Shown: positions 11,082 to 21,650 of the stretch, piece after piece | How positions within the stretch are numbered: position 1 is the first letter of the stretch | Layout: each line of letters starts with the position of its first letter | DNA from: an uncultured Gemmatimonadales bacterium | GTDB taxonomy: Bacteria; Gemmatimonadota; Gemmatimonadetes; Gemmatimonadales; Gemmatimonadaceae | Reading direction: 5' to 3' | NCBI GenBank assembly: GCA_963851265.1 | Contig: CAWKNZ010000008.1 | Span: 128,001 to 192,000, forward strand | DNA: 64,000 nt | The notes under the pieces: generated by a model | The model's database searches: none | Told to the model about the DNA's origin: nothing | Seen by the model: only the letters and a program-made list of their open reading frames with translations | Program-made: the position numbers and the translations under genes

Positions 11082-13408
11082 TCCGCGGCGATGAGGGTGC
11101 GGTACGGCCCGGGTACGGCGGCCATGGCCTCGTGCGTGCCGCGCTGGATGACGCGCCCGTGTTCGAGCACGAGGATCTCGTCGCAGTCGCGGATGGTGCT
11201 CAGCCGGTGCGCGACGATGAGGCACGTGCAGCCGCGGCGGCGCAGATGGTCGTCGATGCGCTGCTCGGTCGCGGGGTCGAGCGCGCTGGTCGCCTCGTCG
11301 AGCACGAGCATCGTGGGGTTACCGGCGAGGGCGCGCGCGATCTCGAGGCGCTGGCGCTGGCCACCGCTGAAGTTGCGGCCCCCCTCTTCGAGCACGGCCG
11401 CGTATCCGCCCGGGCGCGCCGCGACGTCGTCGTGGATGCACGCATCGCGCGCCGCCTGCACCAGCTCGGTCTCCGACACCGTATCGTCCCAGAGGGCGAT
11501 GTTCTCGGCGACGGTGCCTTCGAAGATGCTCACGTCCTGGTCGACCACCGCGACCGACGCGGTGATCGTGGCACGCGGGTAGTCGCCGCGCGGCCGGCCG
11601 TCGAACAGCACTTCGCCGCCCCACGGCGCGTAGAGTCCCGAAACGACCTTGGCGATCGTGCTCTTGCCACACCCCGAACCGCCGACGAGGGCGACGCGGC
11701 TACCCGGGCGCAGCACGAGGTTGAGGTCCTGCACGAGCGGCGGGTCGAGCGGGCTGTAGCCGAAGCTCACGTTCCGGAGCTCGAGGTGCCCGGAGAGTTT
11801 GGCCGGCGCGGCGTGGACGCCGTCGCGGGCGGGCTCGCCCGGCCGGTCGTCCCCGAGCTGCGGGTCGCGTCGCGCGCGCAGGACGTCGTCGAGCCGCGCG
11901 AGGTCGCCTTTCACGTCCTGCGCCGAGCCGGCGAGCTGGACGAGCCCGTTGACCGGCGCCATGAAGGCGAACATCAGCGCCTGGAACGCGATGAGCGAAC
12001 CCATGCTCAGCCGCCCGTCCATCACGCGCACGCCGCCCACGCCGAGCACGAGCGCGCTCGTGGCCGCCACGAGCAGCGGGGGCACGGCCGAGAGCAGCGC
12101 GCCGCCGAATTGCTGCTGTTGGTATCCGTTCGACACTTTGGCGTGGTAGCCCGCCCAGCGCGCGAAGAAGTCCGACTCCGAGCCCGTCGCCTTGAGCGTC
12201 TCGATCACCTGGAGCCCGTTCATCGCCGCGCCCATCATCTTGCCGCGGTCCTGCAGCAGCCGCCGGCTCGAGTCCTCGCGGCGGCGCGCGACGAGGCGCG
12301 TAACCGTCACGTTGGCCGCGGCGGCCGCGACGCCGATGAGCGTGAGCACCACGTCGTACTGGAGGAGCAGCGCGGCGTAGAACACGACTACAACCGCGTT
12401 GAGGGCGGCCGTCGCGAGGTCGCCGGCGACGAGGCGCGCCACGCGGTCGTTGACGGCCACGCGCGCGCCCACGTCTCCGGCGAAGCGCTGGGCGAAGAAC
12501 TGCGCGGGCAGCCGCAGGACGTGCCAGAGGAACTTCCCCGACGTCTCGACGGCGAGCTTGGTCTGCAGCCGCAGCAGGTAATGCTGCTGCAGCCAGACGA
12601 GCGCACCCTGGACGAGGGCGCCGACGCCCATGAACCAGAGCAGCGGCCGGACCCACTCCGTGAGGCCGCCGACGAGCACGTTGTCGACGAACACCTTCTG
12701 GAAGGCCGGCGCCACCACGCCCGGCACGACCAGCGCGAGCCCGGCGAGCAGCACGTACGCGATGGCGACCTGCGAGCCGGGGAGCCGTTGACGCACCGAG
12801 CGCACGAGGCTCGGCGCCTGGCCGCCCGCGGCGAACTCGGGCCCGCGCTCGAAGGTGAGCGCCACGCCGGTGAACGCCTGATCGAACTCGGCCTCGCTCA
12901 GCGCGGTGGGGCCGCTGCCCGGGTCGTTGATGTACGCCTTCCCCTTGCGGAACCCTTCGAAGACCACGAAGTGGTTGAAGTTCCAGTGCAGGATCATCGG
13001 CCCGGGCATCGCGCGCAGATCGGCCGGCTCGCGCTTGAAGCCCTTGGCGACGAGCCCGTACTGGCGCGCGGCCTTGAGCACGTTGCTCGCCTTGGAGCCG
13101 TCGCGCGAGACGCCGCACGACACGCGCAGCTCCTCCAGCGGCACGCGGCGCCCGAAGTGGGCGAGCACCATCGCGAGCGAGGCGGCGCCGCACTCCACGG
13201 CCTCCATCTGGAGGATGGTGGGCGTGCGCACGCGCGGCGCGGGGCGCGCGGGCGCCGCGGGCGCCCCCGACGCGGCGTTAGGCGTCGGGGCCGGCGCGGG
13301 GGGGCGCGCCGCCGGCCGCGCGGCCGCACGCACGCGGTCCCACGCGCGGCGGACCCGCGCGGGGCGGGCGCCCGCGTCCGGGGGCGGGCTCGCGACGCCG
13401 GCGCTCAC
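11078..13408 (-). CDS. NHLP-family export ABC transporter with C39 peptidase domain
   Basis: TPTILQMEAVECGAASL (catalytic Cys), HWNFNHFVV, INDP, GGSGCGKST, FSGGQRQRLEIARAL. Confidence 0.95.
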   Translation of the reverse strand: MSAGVASPPPDAGARPARVRRAWDRVRAAARPAARPPAPAPTPNAASGAPAAPARPAPRVRTPTILQMEAVECGAASLAMVLAHFGRRVPLEELRVSCGVSRDGSKASNVLKAARQYGLVAKGFKREPADLRAMPGPMILHWNFNHFVVFEGFRKGKAYINDPGSGPTALSEAEFDQAFTGVALTFERGPEFAAGGQAPSLVRSVRQRLPGSQVAIAYVLLAGLALVVPGVVAPAFQKVFVDNVLVGGLTEWVRPLLWFMGVGALVQGALVWLQQHYLLRLQTKLAVETSGKFLWHVLRLPAQFFAQRFAGDVGARVAVNDRVARLVAGDLATAALNAVVVVFYAALLLQYDVVLTLIGVAAAAANVTVTRLVARRREDSSRRLLQDRGKMMGAAMNGLQVIETLKATGSESDFFARWAGYHAKVSNGYQQQQFGGALLSAVPPLLVAATSALVLGVGGVRVMDGRLSMGSLIAFQALMFAFMAPVNGLVQLAGSAQDVKGDLARLDDVLRARRDPQLGDDRPGEPARDGVHAAPAKLSGHLELRNVSFGYSPLDPPLVQDLNLVLRPGSRVALVGGSGCGKSTIAKVVSGLYAPWGGEVLFDGRPRGDYPRATITASVAVVDQDVSIFEGTVAENIALWDDTVSETELVQAARDACIHDDVAARPGGYAAVLEEGGRNFSGGQRQRLEIARALAGNPTMLVLDEATSALDPATEQRIDDHLRRRGCTCLIVAHRLSTIRDCDEILVLEHGRVIQRGTHEAMAAVPGPYRTLIAAE

Positions 13409-14667
13409 AGCCCGACCGCCTGCTTGATCATCGGGACCACCATCTCGATGGGCCGGCGCGTGGCCACGGCGACGTTGGCCGAAGCGAGCGTCCCGCTCGC
13501 GACCTTGACCGGCGGACCGCCCGAGGACGTCCAGCGGTACTGGCTCACCGTGCGCGGGTCGACCACGAGGTCGGCGCGCACCTCGTAAGGCGCGTCCTGG
13601 CCGGAGAGCGACTGCACGAGGCGGTCGTTCTTCAGCACGCGCATCATGCCGCGCGCCGTGGCCGGGAACTCCGAGACGTAGGTGACCCGCGCGAGCATGA
13701 AGCCGTACTCCTCCTGCTTCACGGTCGTCGGCGCGATCTGGATGGTCATGCCGGGCTTGATGCGCTTGCCGTGCATCGAAGGCACGTAGACCACGGCCTC
13801 CAGTCCCTTGACCGCGCGCCCTTCGAGGTCGACGGTCAGCACCGGCTCGCCGGCGCCGACCATCGCGCCGCGGTCGGCGAGCACCTCGAGCACACGCCCG
13901 CTCGCGGGCGCGACGACGCGCGACGCCTCGCCGAGCTGGCGTTCGAGTTCCGCGACGTGCGCCGCCTGCTCGTCGACGTGCGCCTGGCTCGCGCGCGCGT
14001 CGCCGGCCGCGCCGAAGCGCGTGTCGGCCCCGCGGGCGTCGATCGAGGCGAGCTGGCTCTTCGCGTCGGCGATCTTTTCGCGGGTCGCGTCGAACGACTG
14101 GCGCGTCCCGAGGAGGCTGGAGCGCGTGAGCAGCCCCTTCGCGACCAGCTGCTGCTCGGCCTCGAGCTTCTCGCCTAACGACGCGAGCGCGTGTTCGTCG
14201 GCCTCGATCCCCTGGGTGAGGGCCAGGCGCTGGCGGTCCTGGAACTCGCCCTGCAGCCGGACGTTCTCGACGCCGCGGCGCAGCTGCTGCGCGTGCTGGT
14301 CACGCAGGGTGGCGAGCGTGGCCTTGGCCTGGTGCAGCTGGTTGGCGAGGTCGGGCTGCTCGATCCGCGCGACGACCTGCCCCTCGTGCACCTCGTCTCC
14401 GACGGCCACGGCGACGTCGGCCACGCGCCCCGGCGTCGCGGGCACCACCTGCGCCACGCCGCCGCTCTTGACGAGCATGCCGAGCCCGGCGACGGTCTCG
14501 GGGATGCTACCGAGGCAGCCCCACGCGATCCCGGTGACGAGCAGCGCGCCTAACGCGGCGAGGGCCACCCACCCGCGGCCGTCCGTGACGGTCATGAGCT
14601 GGTCGAGCTGCTCGGGCGACGCGAGGCGGTCGAGCGAGACTTTGCGGAACACGGACGACTGGCTCAC
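13405..14667 (-). CDS. NHLM bacteriocin secretion protein (HlyD-like membrane fusion protein)
   Basis: FRKVSLDRLASPEQLDQLM, GKRIKPGM, KQEEYGFM, YRWTSSGGPP. Confidence 0.93.
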   Translation of the reverse strand: MSQSSVFRKVSLDRLASPEQLDQLMTVTDGRGWVALAALGALLVTGIAWGCLGSIPETVAGLGMLVKSGGVAQVVPATPGRVADVAVAVGDEVHEGQVVARIEQPDLANQLHQAKATLATLRDQHAQQLRRGVENVRLQGEFQDRQRLALTQGIEADEHALASLGEKLEAEQQLVAKGLLTRSSLLGTRQSFDATREKIADAKSQLASIDARGADTRFGAAGDARASQAHVDEQAAHVAELERQLGEASRVVAPASGRVLEVLADRGAMVGAGEPVLTVDLEGRAVKGLEAVVYVPSMHGKRIKPGMTIQIAPTTVKQEEYGFMLARVTYVSEFPATARGMMRVLKNDRLVQSLSGQDAPYEVRADLVVDPRTVSQYRWTSSGGPPVKVASGTLASANVAVATRRPIEMVVPMIKQAVGL

Positions 14668-16559
14668 GGGGCTCTCCGGGGGGCGGCGCGGGTGGACGGG
14701 GCAACCGCGGGTGGCGCTGGCGGCGGCGCTGCTGCTGGCGCTGCGGGCGGCGCAGCCGGTGCGGCATCGGGGTACGGGTCGCGGGCGAGTACGGCGGCGA
14801 GGCTGACCGCGGCCGTCGCGGCGGCGCTCTCGGGCCCGCCCTGTGCGCCGGGGTCGACGGCCATGCTCGCTGCGCCGAGGTCGCCGGCGACGTAGCGCAG
14901 CGTGCCGACCGCGCCCGCGTAGGTGCGGCGTGCGCCGATCTCGGCGAGTTGCGCGTTCACCAGCCCGTCCTCGGCGTAGATGACGTCGATCTGCGTGCTG
15001 ACGCCGAGGCGGAACTTCTGCTTCTCGTTCTCGACGACCTCGCGCGCGAGGCGGACGGCGTCGCCGGCCTCGGCGAGGGCGCGGCGGCCGCGCTCGACGC
15101 CCGCGGCGGCCACGCCCATCGCGCTCTCGACCTGGCGCGCGAGGTCGCGTTCGCCGATGCGCGCCTGCTCGAGCGCGGCCTCGGCCTCCTCGGCGCGCCC
15201 GCGCGCGGCGAGGCGACGCGCGGGCAGCTCGTACTGCAGCTGCACGACGGTGTTGGTGCCGGGCAGCGTGCGGCCGAGCGGCGAGACGAAGCCGTTGAGC
15301 CCGAAGCCCTGCGTGAGGCCCGCGTAGCTGGCGCCCACGGTGAGGTCGACGCGCGGGCGCAGGTCGTGGTTGGCCGCGGCGAGGGCCTGGGACGCGGCCT
15401 CGCGCCGCGCGGCGGCGGCGAGGATGTCGGGGCGGCGGCCGAGCGCCGCCGCCGACACGGTGCGGGCCCAGGCCGCCGCGCGGCGCTCGTCGGCGGCGGC
15501 GGCGCGGTCACCCGGCGCGTCCGGCGCCACGTCGGACTTCGCGTTAGGCACGACGTTAGGCGAGGCGTTGGGCGCCGCGTCGAGCCGTGCGGGCGGGAGC
15601 GACGCGATCTGCTCGGCGGGCAGCCCGAGTACGACGCCGAGGCGCTGCCGGGATTCGGCGACGGCCTGCTCGGCGGTGATGCGCTGCGCGCGCTTCCCGG
15701 CGAGGCTGCCGCGGAACTGCCGCAGGTCGGCCGCCGGGCGCGCGTCGGCGCGCACCAGCTCGGCCGTCTCGTCGACGAGCACGCGGGCGCGCTGCTCGGA
15801 CGAGCGATAGGCGGCGAGGCGCTCGCCCGCGGCGGCGTAGTCCCAGTAGGCCACGGCCGCGTCGTAGCTCGCCTGGACCGCGGCCTGGCGCAGGTCGGCG
15901 CGCGCGGCGTCGAAGCCGGCGACCGCGGAGCGGCGCGCGGCAGCGAGCGCCGCGCCCATGCGGTTGCGGGCGAGCGGCACCGTGAGGTTGAGGCCGGCGG
16001 TGGCGCGGTTGGCCGGCGCGCTCGGCAGGCCGGCGACGGTCGCCTGCTGCACGTCGAGGGTGGGCGCGATCGAGAGGCCGTTGCTGAACTGCCGCCCGAC
16101 GCTCACCTGGTAGTCGAGCACGCGCTGGCGCGTGTTGATCACGGGGTTGGCGGCGAGCGCATCCGCCGGGGCGATCGCGCCGAACTCCAAGTCGCTCTGG
16201 GTGGTGTTCGCGACCGTGGTGCGGACGACGGGGTCGAGCGGCGACTCGGCGACGGCGACCGCGCCGCGGCCGGCGCGTACCTGCTGGCGCGCGGCGCGCA
16301 GCGCGGGGCTGAGGTCGAGCGCGGCGCGCAGGGCGTCGGCGAGGGAAAAGAGGGGGGCGGGCGCGGCGGCCGCGGTGTCGGCCGAGGGGGCCGGGCGCAC
16401 GGCGGGCGCGCCGGCAGGCGGGGCGCCCACGGCGGCGCGGGGCGCCGCGGCGTGCGGCTGCGCGCCGGCCGCGACGGCGACGGCCGTGCTGGCGAGCAGC
16501 GCGCCGGTACCGAACACGCCGGCGCGGGCGAGGGCGAGCAGTCGGGGGGACGGGGGCAC
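14664..16559 (-). CDS. TolC-family outer-membrane efflux protein
   Basis: Signal peptide, LSLADALRAAL, AYWDY, RRPDILAA, EKQKFRLGVSTQIDV; GTG start after an AGGAG RBS. Confidence 0.85.
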   Translation of the reverse strand: MPPSPRLLALARAGVFGTGALLASTAVAVAAGAQPHAAAPRAAVGAPPAGAPAVRPAPSADTAAAAPAPLFSLADALRAALDLSPALRAARQQVRAGRGAVAVAESPLDPVVRTTVANTTQSDLEFGAIAPADALAANPVINTRQRVLDYQVSVGRQFSNGLSIAPTLDVQQATVAGLPSAPANRATAGLNLTVPLARNRMGAALAAARRSAVAGFDAARADLRQAAVQASYDAAVAYWDYAAAGERLAAYRSSEQRARVLVDETAELVRADARPAADLRQFRGSLAGKRAQRITAEQAVAESRQRLGVVLGLPAEQIASLPPARLDAAPNASPNVVPNAKSDVAPDAPGDRAAAADERRAAAWARTVSAAALGRRPDILAAAARREAASQALAAANHDLRPRVDLTVGASYAGLTQGFGLNGFVSPLGRTLPGTNTVVQLQYELPARRLAARGRAEEAEAALEQARIGERDLARQVESAMGVAAAGVERGRRALAEAGDAVRLAREVVENEKQKFRLGVSTQIDVIYAEDGLVNAQLAEIGARRTYAGAVGTLRYVAGDLGAASMAVDPGAQGGPESAAATAAVSLAAVLARDPYPDAAPAAPPAAPAAAPPPAPPAVAPSTRAAPRRAP

Positions 16560-16593
16560 GGCGGGCTCCTGCGGCGCGGGCGGTGAGGACGCG

Positions 16594-16794
16594 TTAGGCC
16601 TGGTGGTGGTGGCCGGCGCGGAGCGCCTCGGTCCAGGTGCGGGCGAGGCCGCCGACGACGGCTTCGAGGTCGTCTTCCGAGAGCTCGTCGTCGGCGGATG
16701 CCGCGCGCGGGGTTGCCGGCGCGTGGGCGATCGGGGTGAAGGCGATCGGAGGGAGGGCGGCGGCGGGGCGCGCGGGGGTGGGCAGCAAAGACAT
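16594..16794 (-). CDS. Short double-glycine precursor peptide (core LARTWTEALRAGHHHQA)
   Basis: ELSEDDLEAVVGG motif; lies directly upstream of tolC. Confidence 0.75.
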   Translation of the reverse strand: MSLLPTPARPAAALPPIAFTPIAHAPATPRAASADDELSEDDLEAVVGGLARTWTEALRAGHHHQA

Positions 16795-17155
16795 GGGTCG
16801 GGGCCGGGAAGGGCGTGACACCGGGTCCGGTCGCGTGGGGCGCCGGGTGGGGGCGGTCTGACGCGCTGTCGAAGGGCAACCGCCGTTCCGACCTTGTCAC
16901 GAACGTAAGCGACGGCGTCGCAACGACTTGCGTTCGAAGCCGGGGCCGCGTTCCGGTCCGAATGCGCCACCCGCCACTATCTCGTAGAGCGCGGGGTCTA
17001 CGGGCGGCGGCGGACGTCGTGAGCGCCCGAGCAGCCGCGCGGTTGCCTAACGATCCGGACCCGTCTGAGGCGGCGTCGGGCGGCGCGAACGCACCGCGGG
17101 CCCCCGCCGTGGTGGCGGGGGCCCGCGCGCATCCACCCGCACAGGCGTCGAGCCG

Positions 17156-17350
17156 TCAGGCGGTCGTGTCGCCGAGGACCGTGCCGATCGTGGGCAGCAC
17201 GGGATCAAGGATGATGATCGGAGCGATGATCGGGCCGCCGATCGGGCCGAAGTGGCCGACGGACGCGCCGCCGGCGACCGACTCAAGGGCCTCGTCGCTC
17301 AGGGTTTGCTCGTCCGACGGCTTGACGTTCTGCTCGCTGTTGCTGGACAT
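17156..17350 (-). CDS. Short double-glycine precursor peptide (core ASVGHFGPIGGPIIAPIIILDPVLPTIGTVLGDTTA)
   Basis: MSSNSEQNVKPSDEQTLSDEALESVAGG; GAGG RBS. Confidence 0.8.
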   Translation of the reverse strand: MSSNSEQNVKPSDEQTLSDEALESVAGGASVGHFGPIGGPIIAPIIILDPVLPTIGTVLGDTTA

Positions 17351-18140
17351 CAGAATACCTCTCACGGTTGGGATTCGGCCCGGGGTGGGCGACCGCCCGA
17401 GGGGCAAGCGCGGGACCGGCCGGCGGGGTCGGCGCAAGTCGCACACGTGCAACACGTTAGGCTCGCGCGCGCGGCCGCGCCGCAGGCCCGGCCTGGCGCC
17501 CTGCCGCGACCGGCTAGAGCTGTGGCTCCACAGGCGGCGGCCCTCTACCGGGGGGCGCCTCGTGCGGCACGTCGCCGGTATCGAGGAGGAGCTCGACGCG
17601 CGAACGGTTCGCAGCAGCGCCGGTGCGCCGAACGGCGCGGTACGCGCGGTCGAAGCCGCGCGCGACCGCCGCACCCGGTTCGGGGACGACCTGCCCGAAA
17701 GATTCCGTTAGACGCTCGCGGCTACCCGCGATCCCGCCGTCGACCGACCCGCGCTCAGTCGCGTCGGCATACGCGCTCGGGAACAGACTTGTGCTGAGCA
17801 GCGTCGCGTCGTAGATCGCGCGGCGCGCTCACGCCCGCTGCGCCGTCGGGGTGAGCGCCGCCTCGAGGTCGAGGAGCAGCGGGTGCTCGCCGGACGGGAC
17901 GACGCTCTCGGATTGCGCTCTCCATCGCCGCCGTCGAGCGTCGACCGTCGAACATCCGAGAGACCGCGCGGAACGCCGAGAGCCTCCGGGCGGCAGCCGG
18001 GGTGGGAACGCTGCCCACTGGCGCGACACGCCGGCGGCCGACCACGGTCGGCCGCCGGTCGTCCAGCACCCGCGATGCCTAACACACGCGAGGGCGTCCG
18101 GCTGCTATCCGCCGGACGCCGCCCAACGTGCCACGCATCA

Positions 18141-18335
18141 CTACAGTTGTGGAAGCGTCGGGACGATCCACGGCGGCAGGCCTCCCGGGCCGCTGGTACC
18201 CATTTCGCAGCCGCCGGCGACGTTTTCCAGGGCCTCGTCGCTCAACTCCTCAACGGGCGGTTCGGTCGTGTCAATCTGGGACGCGCGCTGCGTGTTGTCC
18301 TGGGCGACCTTCTGCTGCTTGGTGTCGTCCTGCAT
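18141..18335 (-). CDS. Short double-glycine precursor peptide (core CEMGTSGPGGLPPWIVPTLPQL)
   Basis: EELSDEALENVAGG; GGAG RBS; lies just downstream of lanM1. Confidence 0.82.
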   Translation of the reverse strand: MQDDTKQQKVAQDNTQRASQIDTTEPPVEELSDEALENVAGGCEMGTSGPGGLPPWIVPTLPQL

Positions 18336-18505
18336 GTGAGCAATCTCCGTGAGGGGTGGTCGGTGCGTGTCACCGCGGCGGTACCGACGAGGGCAAGTAC
18401 ACGGCCGCCCACCCCTGGCCCGTAACTCGTTGAGCCGCTTGTGATTGCGGCTCGGATGTCACGGCACAGATAGACCTGGGGCTCTACGCGGTAGTACCGG
18501 GTCGC

Positions 18506-21499
18506 CTAACTACAGCACGCACGAGCGGGCAGGTCGGCTTGCAGCGGCGACGGGACGGCGCTCGGGTCGGATACGCGGAGGAGCGTGTACGCAACACCGG
18601 CGACGCCCCGCAGCAGCCCGGGCGAGAGCGATTCCGCGAGTGCCGGGTACGCGTAGCTCCGGCGGCGCCTCGCGCCCGCGACGACGCGCCCCGCGAGCAC
18701 GCGGGCGTTGTGGACGAACTCGGGCCGTCCAAGCGCCGCGGCCGCGGCGAGGTTGACCTCGACTCGCGCGAAGGCACCGCAGCAGAGCGTCCACGGTGCC
18801 CGGCCGTCCATCGCGGCGTCCGACGCCGCGCCAGCCAACGCGGAGCGCCACAGCGCCTGCTCGTCGCCCGTGCCGGCCTCCGCGGCGAGCGCCGCCGCGC
18901 ACGCAAGGCCCAATCCGGGCGTGCCGCGACACCAACCACGGATCGTCGACGGACCACGCCCGCACTCGCGGCCGTCCGCCGCAGCGGTCAACGCTGCGCG
19001 CACCTCCGGCGACGCGAACCGTTCGTCACCGGCGCGCGTGCCGAGCCGGAGGAGTGCGGCCACCACGCCGGGGGGCCCGTGACCGAACCCGGGCTCGCCA
19101 ACCCTCCACTCGCACCGCACTAGGAGCCACTCGCCCCAGGCCAGGGCGAGATCAAGGGCGTCGGCGTCACCCGTAACGCCGTGTACGGCGAGGGCCCCGA
19201 GTACGCCGCCCGCCGCGCCGGCGAAAACGTCCGCCAGCACGCGGGGACGCGGCGGGCCCATTCGCACGAGCGCCGCGCGTGCCGCTTCGAGTAAACCGGC
19301 GTCGCCGAGGAAAGCCGCCGCACTCGAGAGCGCATACGCGATGCCGCCCCACCCCACCGCCAGCCCGGGTCCGGACGACACGGTACGGCGCGCCGGCTGC
19401 CGCGCGGAGTCGCACACCGGGCGCAGCGCGCGGTACGCCCACTCAGTCGCCTCGTCCGCATCGATTCCGTGTCCGCGCAGCACGTACGCGTGTGCGGCGA
19501 AAAACAACCCGATCCCTGCCCGTCCCGCCTCCAACCCGTCGCCGGCGGCAGCGATCCACCGCTGACCCCCGCCGACATCCTGCGCGTACCAGCGCGCGCC
19601 GCCCCCGGGCGACGTCGCAGCGACCGACCGGAGCAACGCGGCGAGTTGCCCCGCCTCGGCGAGCGCCTGGTCCGGCGTCAGCGGAGCGCCGTCGACCGGC
19701 GCTGCGGCGTCATGATCGCTGTCCCTCCTGCGTCGATGCCGGTCGGCGGCTAACGCGATCTTGATGTGATGAAGTTGACGGCGAAGCCGCGCGTCGCTCA
19801 TCTGCGCGACCCCGCGCCGGACGCTCGCGTACCCCGACATGCTGGCGTACCCCGCGACGAGTACTTCGCCCCCGGGCCCACACAAGTCCGTGCCGTCGGC
19901 AGGGACGGTGAAGATGGGCACGTCCGACCGCTGCATGGCATCGCGCTCCGCGTCCAACGTGGGCCACAGCCCCGGCCGTTCAGCGGCGCGGAGGTACGGG
20001 CCGCGGAGGACGTCGAGCTCCGCCAGACGCTTGGCCTCCCCGCCGAGGAAGTCGGGGTGCGTCGTGCGGCGCAGCAGCACCAGATACACCGACGTCGCCC
20101 GCAATAACACGCGTGACGCTCCGCCCGCGAACGCGGCGAGCGGGCCGGTGCCGGAGAGGAGTTCGGCCCGGCGCGCGCCCAGAACCTGATACGTCCGCCG
20201 AAACCCGCGCTGCACGGCCGCCGCAGCCGCCGTCGCGTCATACCCCCGGACCGCGGTTCGCGGCTCACGGGCTTGCGCTTCCGATTGCGGGTCCGTTGGA
20301 AGGCGCGTACGCGAGCCCCAGTGCATGGCGTCCGTGTTGACCTGCGTCCACCACGGCCCGTCCTGCCCGGGCGCGGCGGCGCGGGCACTCGTGTCGAAGT
20401 TAGGCAATAGGATTCCGCCTTCTAGGTAGCCGACGCCGTTGCCGGCCACCCTCGCTTCGGGCAGCAACCCGGTGTCGAGCACGCTCGGCTCGAGCCCGTC
20501 GTGGGCGTGTGCTCCCTCCGACGGAACCGGCCGGCAAAGCACCTCCAAGTCGATCATCACGGGATGTTCACCGGCCGCCACCACGTTCTCGGAGTGCAAA
20601 TCGCTGCCGCGCAGCACGTGCGCGAGGCAGAGGACCGCGCCCATGCGCTCGAAGTAGCGCGCGGACGCTGCCTCGTCGGCACACGGCGACGCAGCCGCGT
20701 GCTCGGCCCACCCGTGCGTGCCGCGGTCCAAGACTCGCAGCGCACGTGGACGCGGGGTGCCAGGCGGTAAAGCCTTGTCTAGCCAGGCTACGAGTTCGGC
20801 GTACGCGACGTCGAACACCAGCGAACGCGGCTTGTAAACGACCGGGCCCCCATGCGGGGGGTGGAGGATGGCGACTTGTCGCGCGTGGGCGTGTGGGTCG
20901 GAAAGACCCGCCTCGACGCGCAGGATGCGCCCGACCTTCCCGCGCCCCAGCGCCGCCGCAACAGCACACGCGTCCGCGGCGAACCGGACGAGCAGCTCCG
21001 CCGTCGCGTCGACCCAGTCGGCGACTAACGTCGCGACGAGGCGCGCGAGCACGGGGTGGGCAGCGAACAGGTCGCCGAGCCCACCCGCGAGCTGCGCACG
21101 AACGAACGCGGCGTACGCGCCAGGGGGCCGGTCCGGGTACCCGGAGTTGTAAACCCGGTAGAGCGCGCGCGTCGACAGCTCGGAGACGCGGGCCAGCAGT
21201 ACCCGCTCAACCCCGGCGTGCGCGGCGCCGGTGAAGCACGCGTACGCCCGCCGTCCGGATGCACGGCGCACGCGCCGCCGCGCCACAACGAGCAGGGGCG
21301 CCCAGACGTGCTCGAAGGGGACCGGCGCCCCCGGCGTGAACGCGCGGTCGCGCGGCAGCACTGTGGCGCCGGGCGCAGCACGCGTCGCAATCCGGTATGA
21401 CGCGTGCCGCAGCTCCGTTAGGAGGGCCGCTCCGAGCCCGTCTTCCCTTGCGCCGTTCCCGCACCGCACGGACTCATTTCTGCGCGTCGTACCAGTCAT
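18506..21499 (-). CDS. lanM: Class II lanthipeptide synthetase LanM (copy 1)
   Basis: Dehydratase motifs VYKPR, SDLHSENVV, IDLE, RVLLRATSVY; cyclase motifs GFGHG, GWCRG, LCCG; the true start may lie slightly downstream. Confidence 0.9.
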   Translation of the reverse strand: MTGTTRRNESVRCGNGAREDGLGAALLTELRHASYRIATRAAPGATVLPRDRAFTPGAPVPFEHVWAPLLVVARRRVRRASGRRAYACFTGAAHAGVERVLLARVSELSTRALYRVYNSGYPDRPPGAYAAFVRAQLAGGLGDLFAAHPVLARLVATLVADWVDATAELLVRFAADACAVAAALGRGKVGRILRVEAGLSDPHAHARQVAILHPPHGGPVVYKPRSLVFDVAYAELVAWLDKALPPGTPRPRALRVLDRGTHGWAEHAAASPCADEAASARYFERMGAVLCLAHVLRGSDLHSENVVAAGEHPVMIDLEVLCRPVPSEGAHAHDGLEPSVLDTGLLPEARVAGNGVGYLEGGILLPNFDTSARAAAPGQDGPWWTQVNTDAMHWGSRTRLPTDPQSEAQAREPRTAVRGYDATAAAAAVQRGFRRTYQVLGARRAELLSGTGPLAAFAGGASRVLLRATSVYLVLLRRTTHPDFLGGEAKRLAELDVLRGPYLRAAERPGLWPTLDAERDAMQRSDVPIFTVPADGTDLCGPGGEVLVAGYASMSGYASVRRGVAQMSDARLRRQLHHIKIALAADRHRRRRDSDHDAAAPVDGAPLTPDQALAEAGQLAALLRSVAATSPGGGARWYAQDVGGGQRWIAAAGDGLEAGRAGIGLFFAAHAYVLRGHGIDADEATEWAYRALRPVCDSARQPARRTVSSGPGLAVGWGGIAYALSSAAAFLGDAGLLEAARAALVRMGPPRPRVLADVFAGAAGGVLGALAVHGVTGDADALDLALAWGEWLLVRCEWRVGEPGFGHGPPGVVAALLRLGTRAGDERFASPEVRAALTAAADGRECGRGPSTIRGWCRGTPGLGLACAAALAAEAGTGDEQALWRSALAGAASDAAMDGRAPWTLCCGAFARVEVNLAAAAALGRPEFVHNARVLAGRVVAGARRRRSYAYPALAESLSPGLLRGVAGVAYTLLRVSDPSAVPSPLQADLPARACCS

Positions 21500-21650
21500 T
21501 CATCTTCTGTATCACCCAATCGATCACGTCACCGCCGGCAACGGACTCGAGTTCGTCGTCGTTGAGCACCCCATCGGCGTCCTCACGTGCCGGGGCGGTC
21601 GCGGTATCAGGGGTAGGGGGGGTGCTCGGGGTCTGCTCGGAATCCGCCAT
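21474..21650 (-). CDS. Short double-glycine precursor peptide (core DVIDWVIQKMNDWYDAQK)
   Basis: MADSEQTP...VLNDDELESVAGG; GGAGG RBS; lies directly upstream of lanM1. Confidence 0.8.
   Translation of the reverse strand: MADSEQTPSTPPTPDTATAPAREDADGVLNDDELESVAGGDVIDWVIQKMNDWYDAQK

Noticed and set aside
17360..18130. Additional precursor or modification gene between the short precursors
   Set aside because: No GG-leader motif or convincing ORF found in the frames provided.
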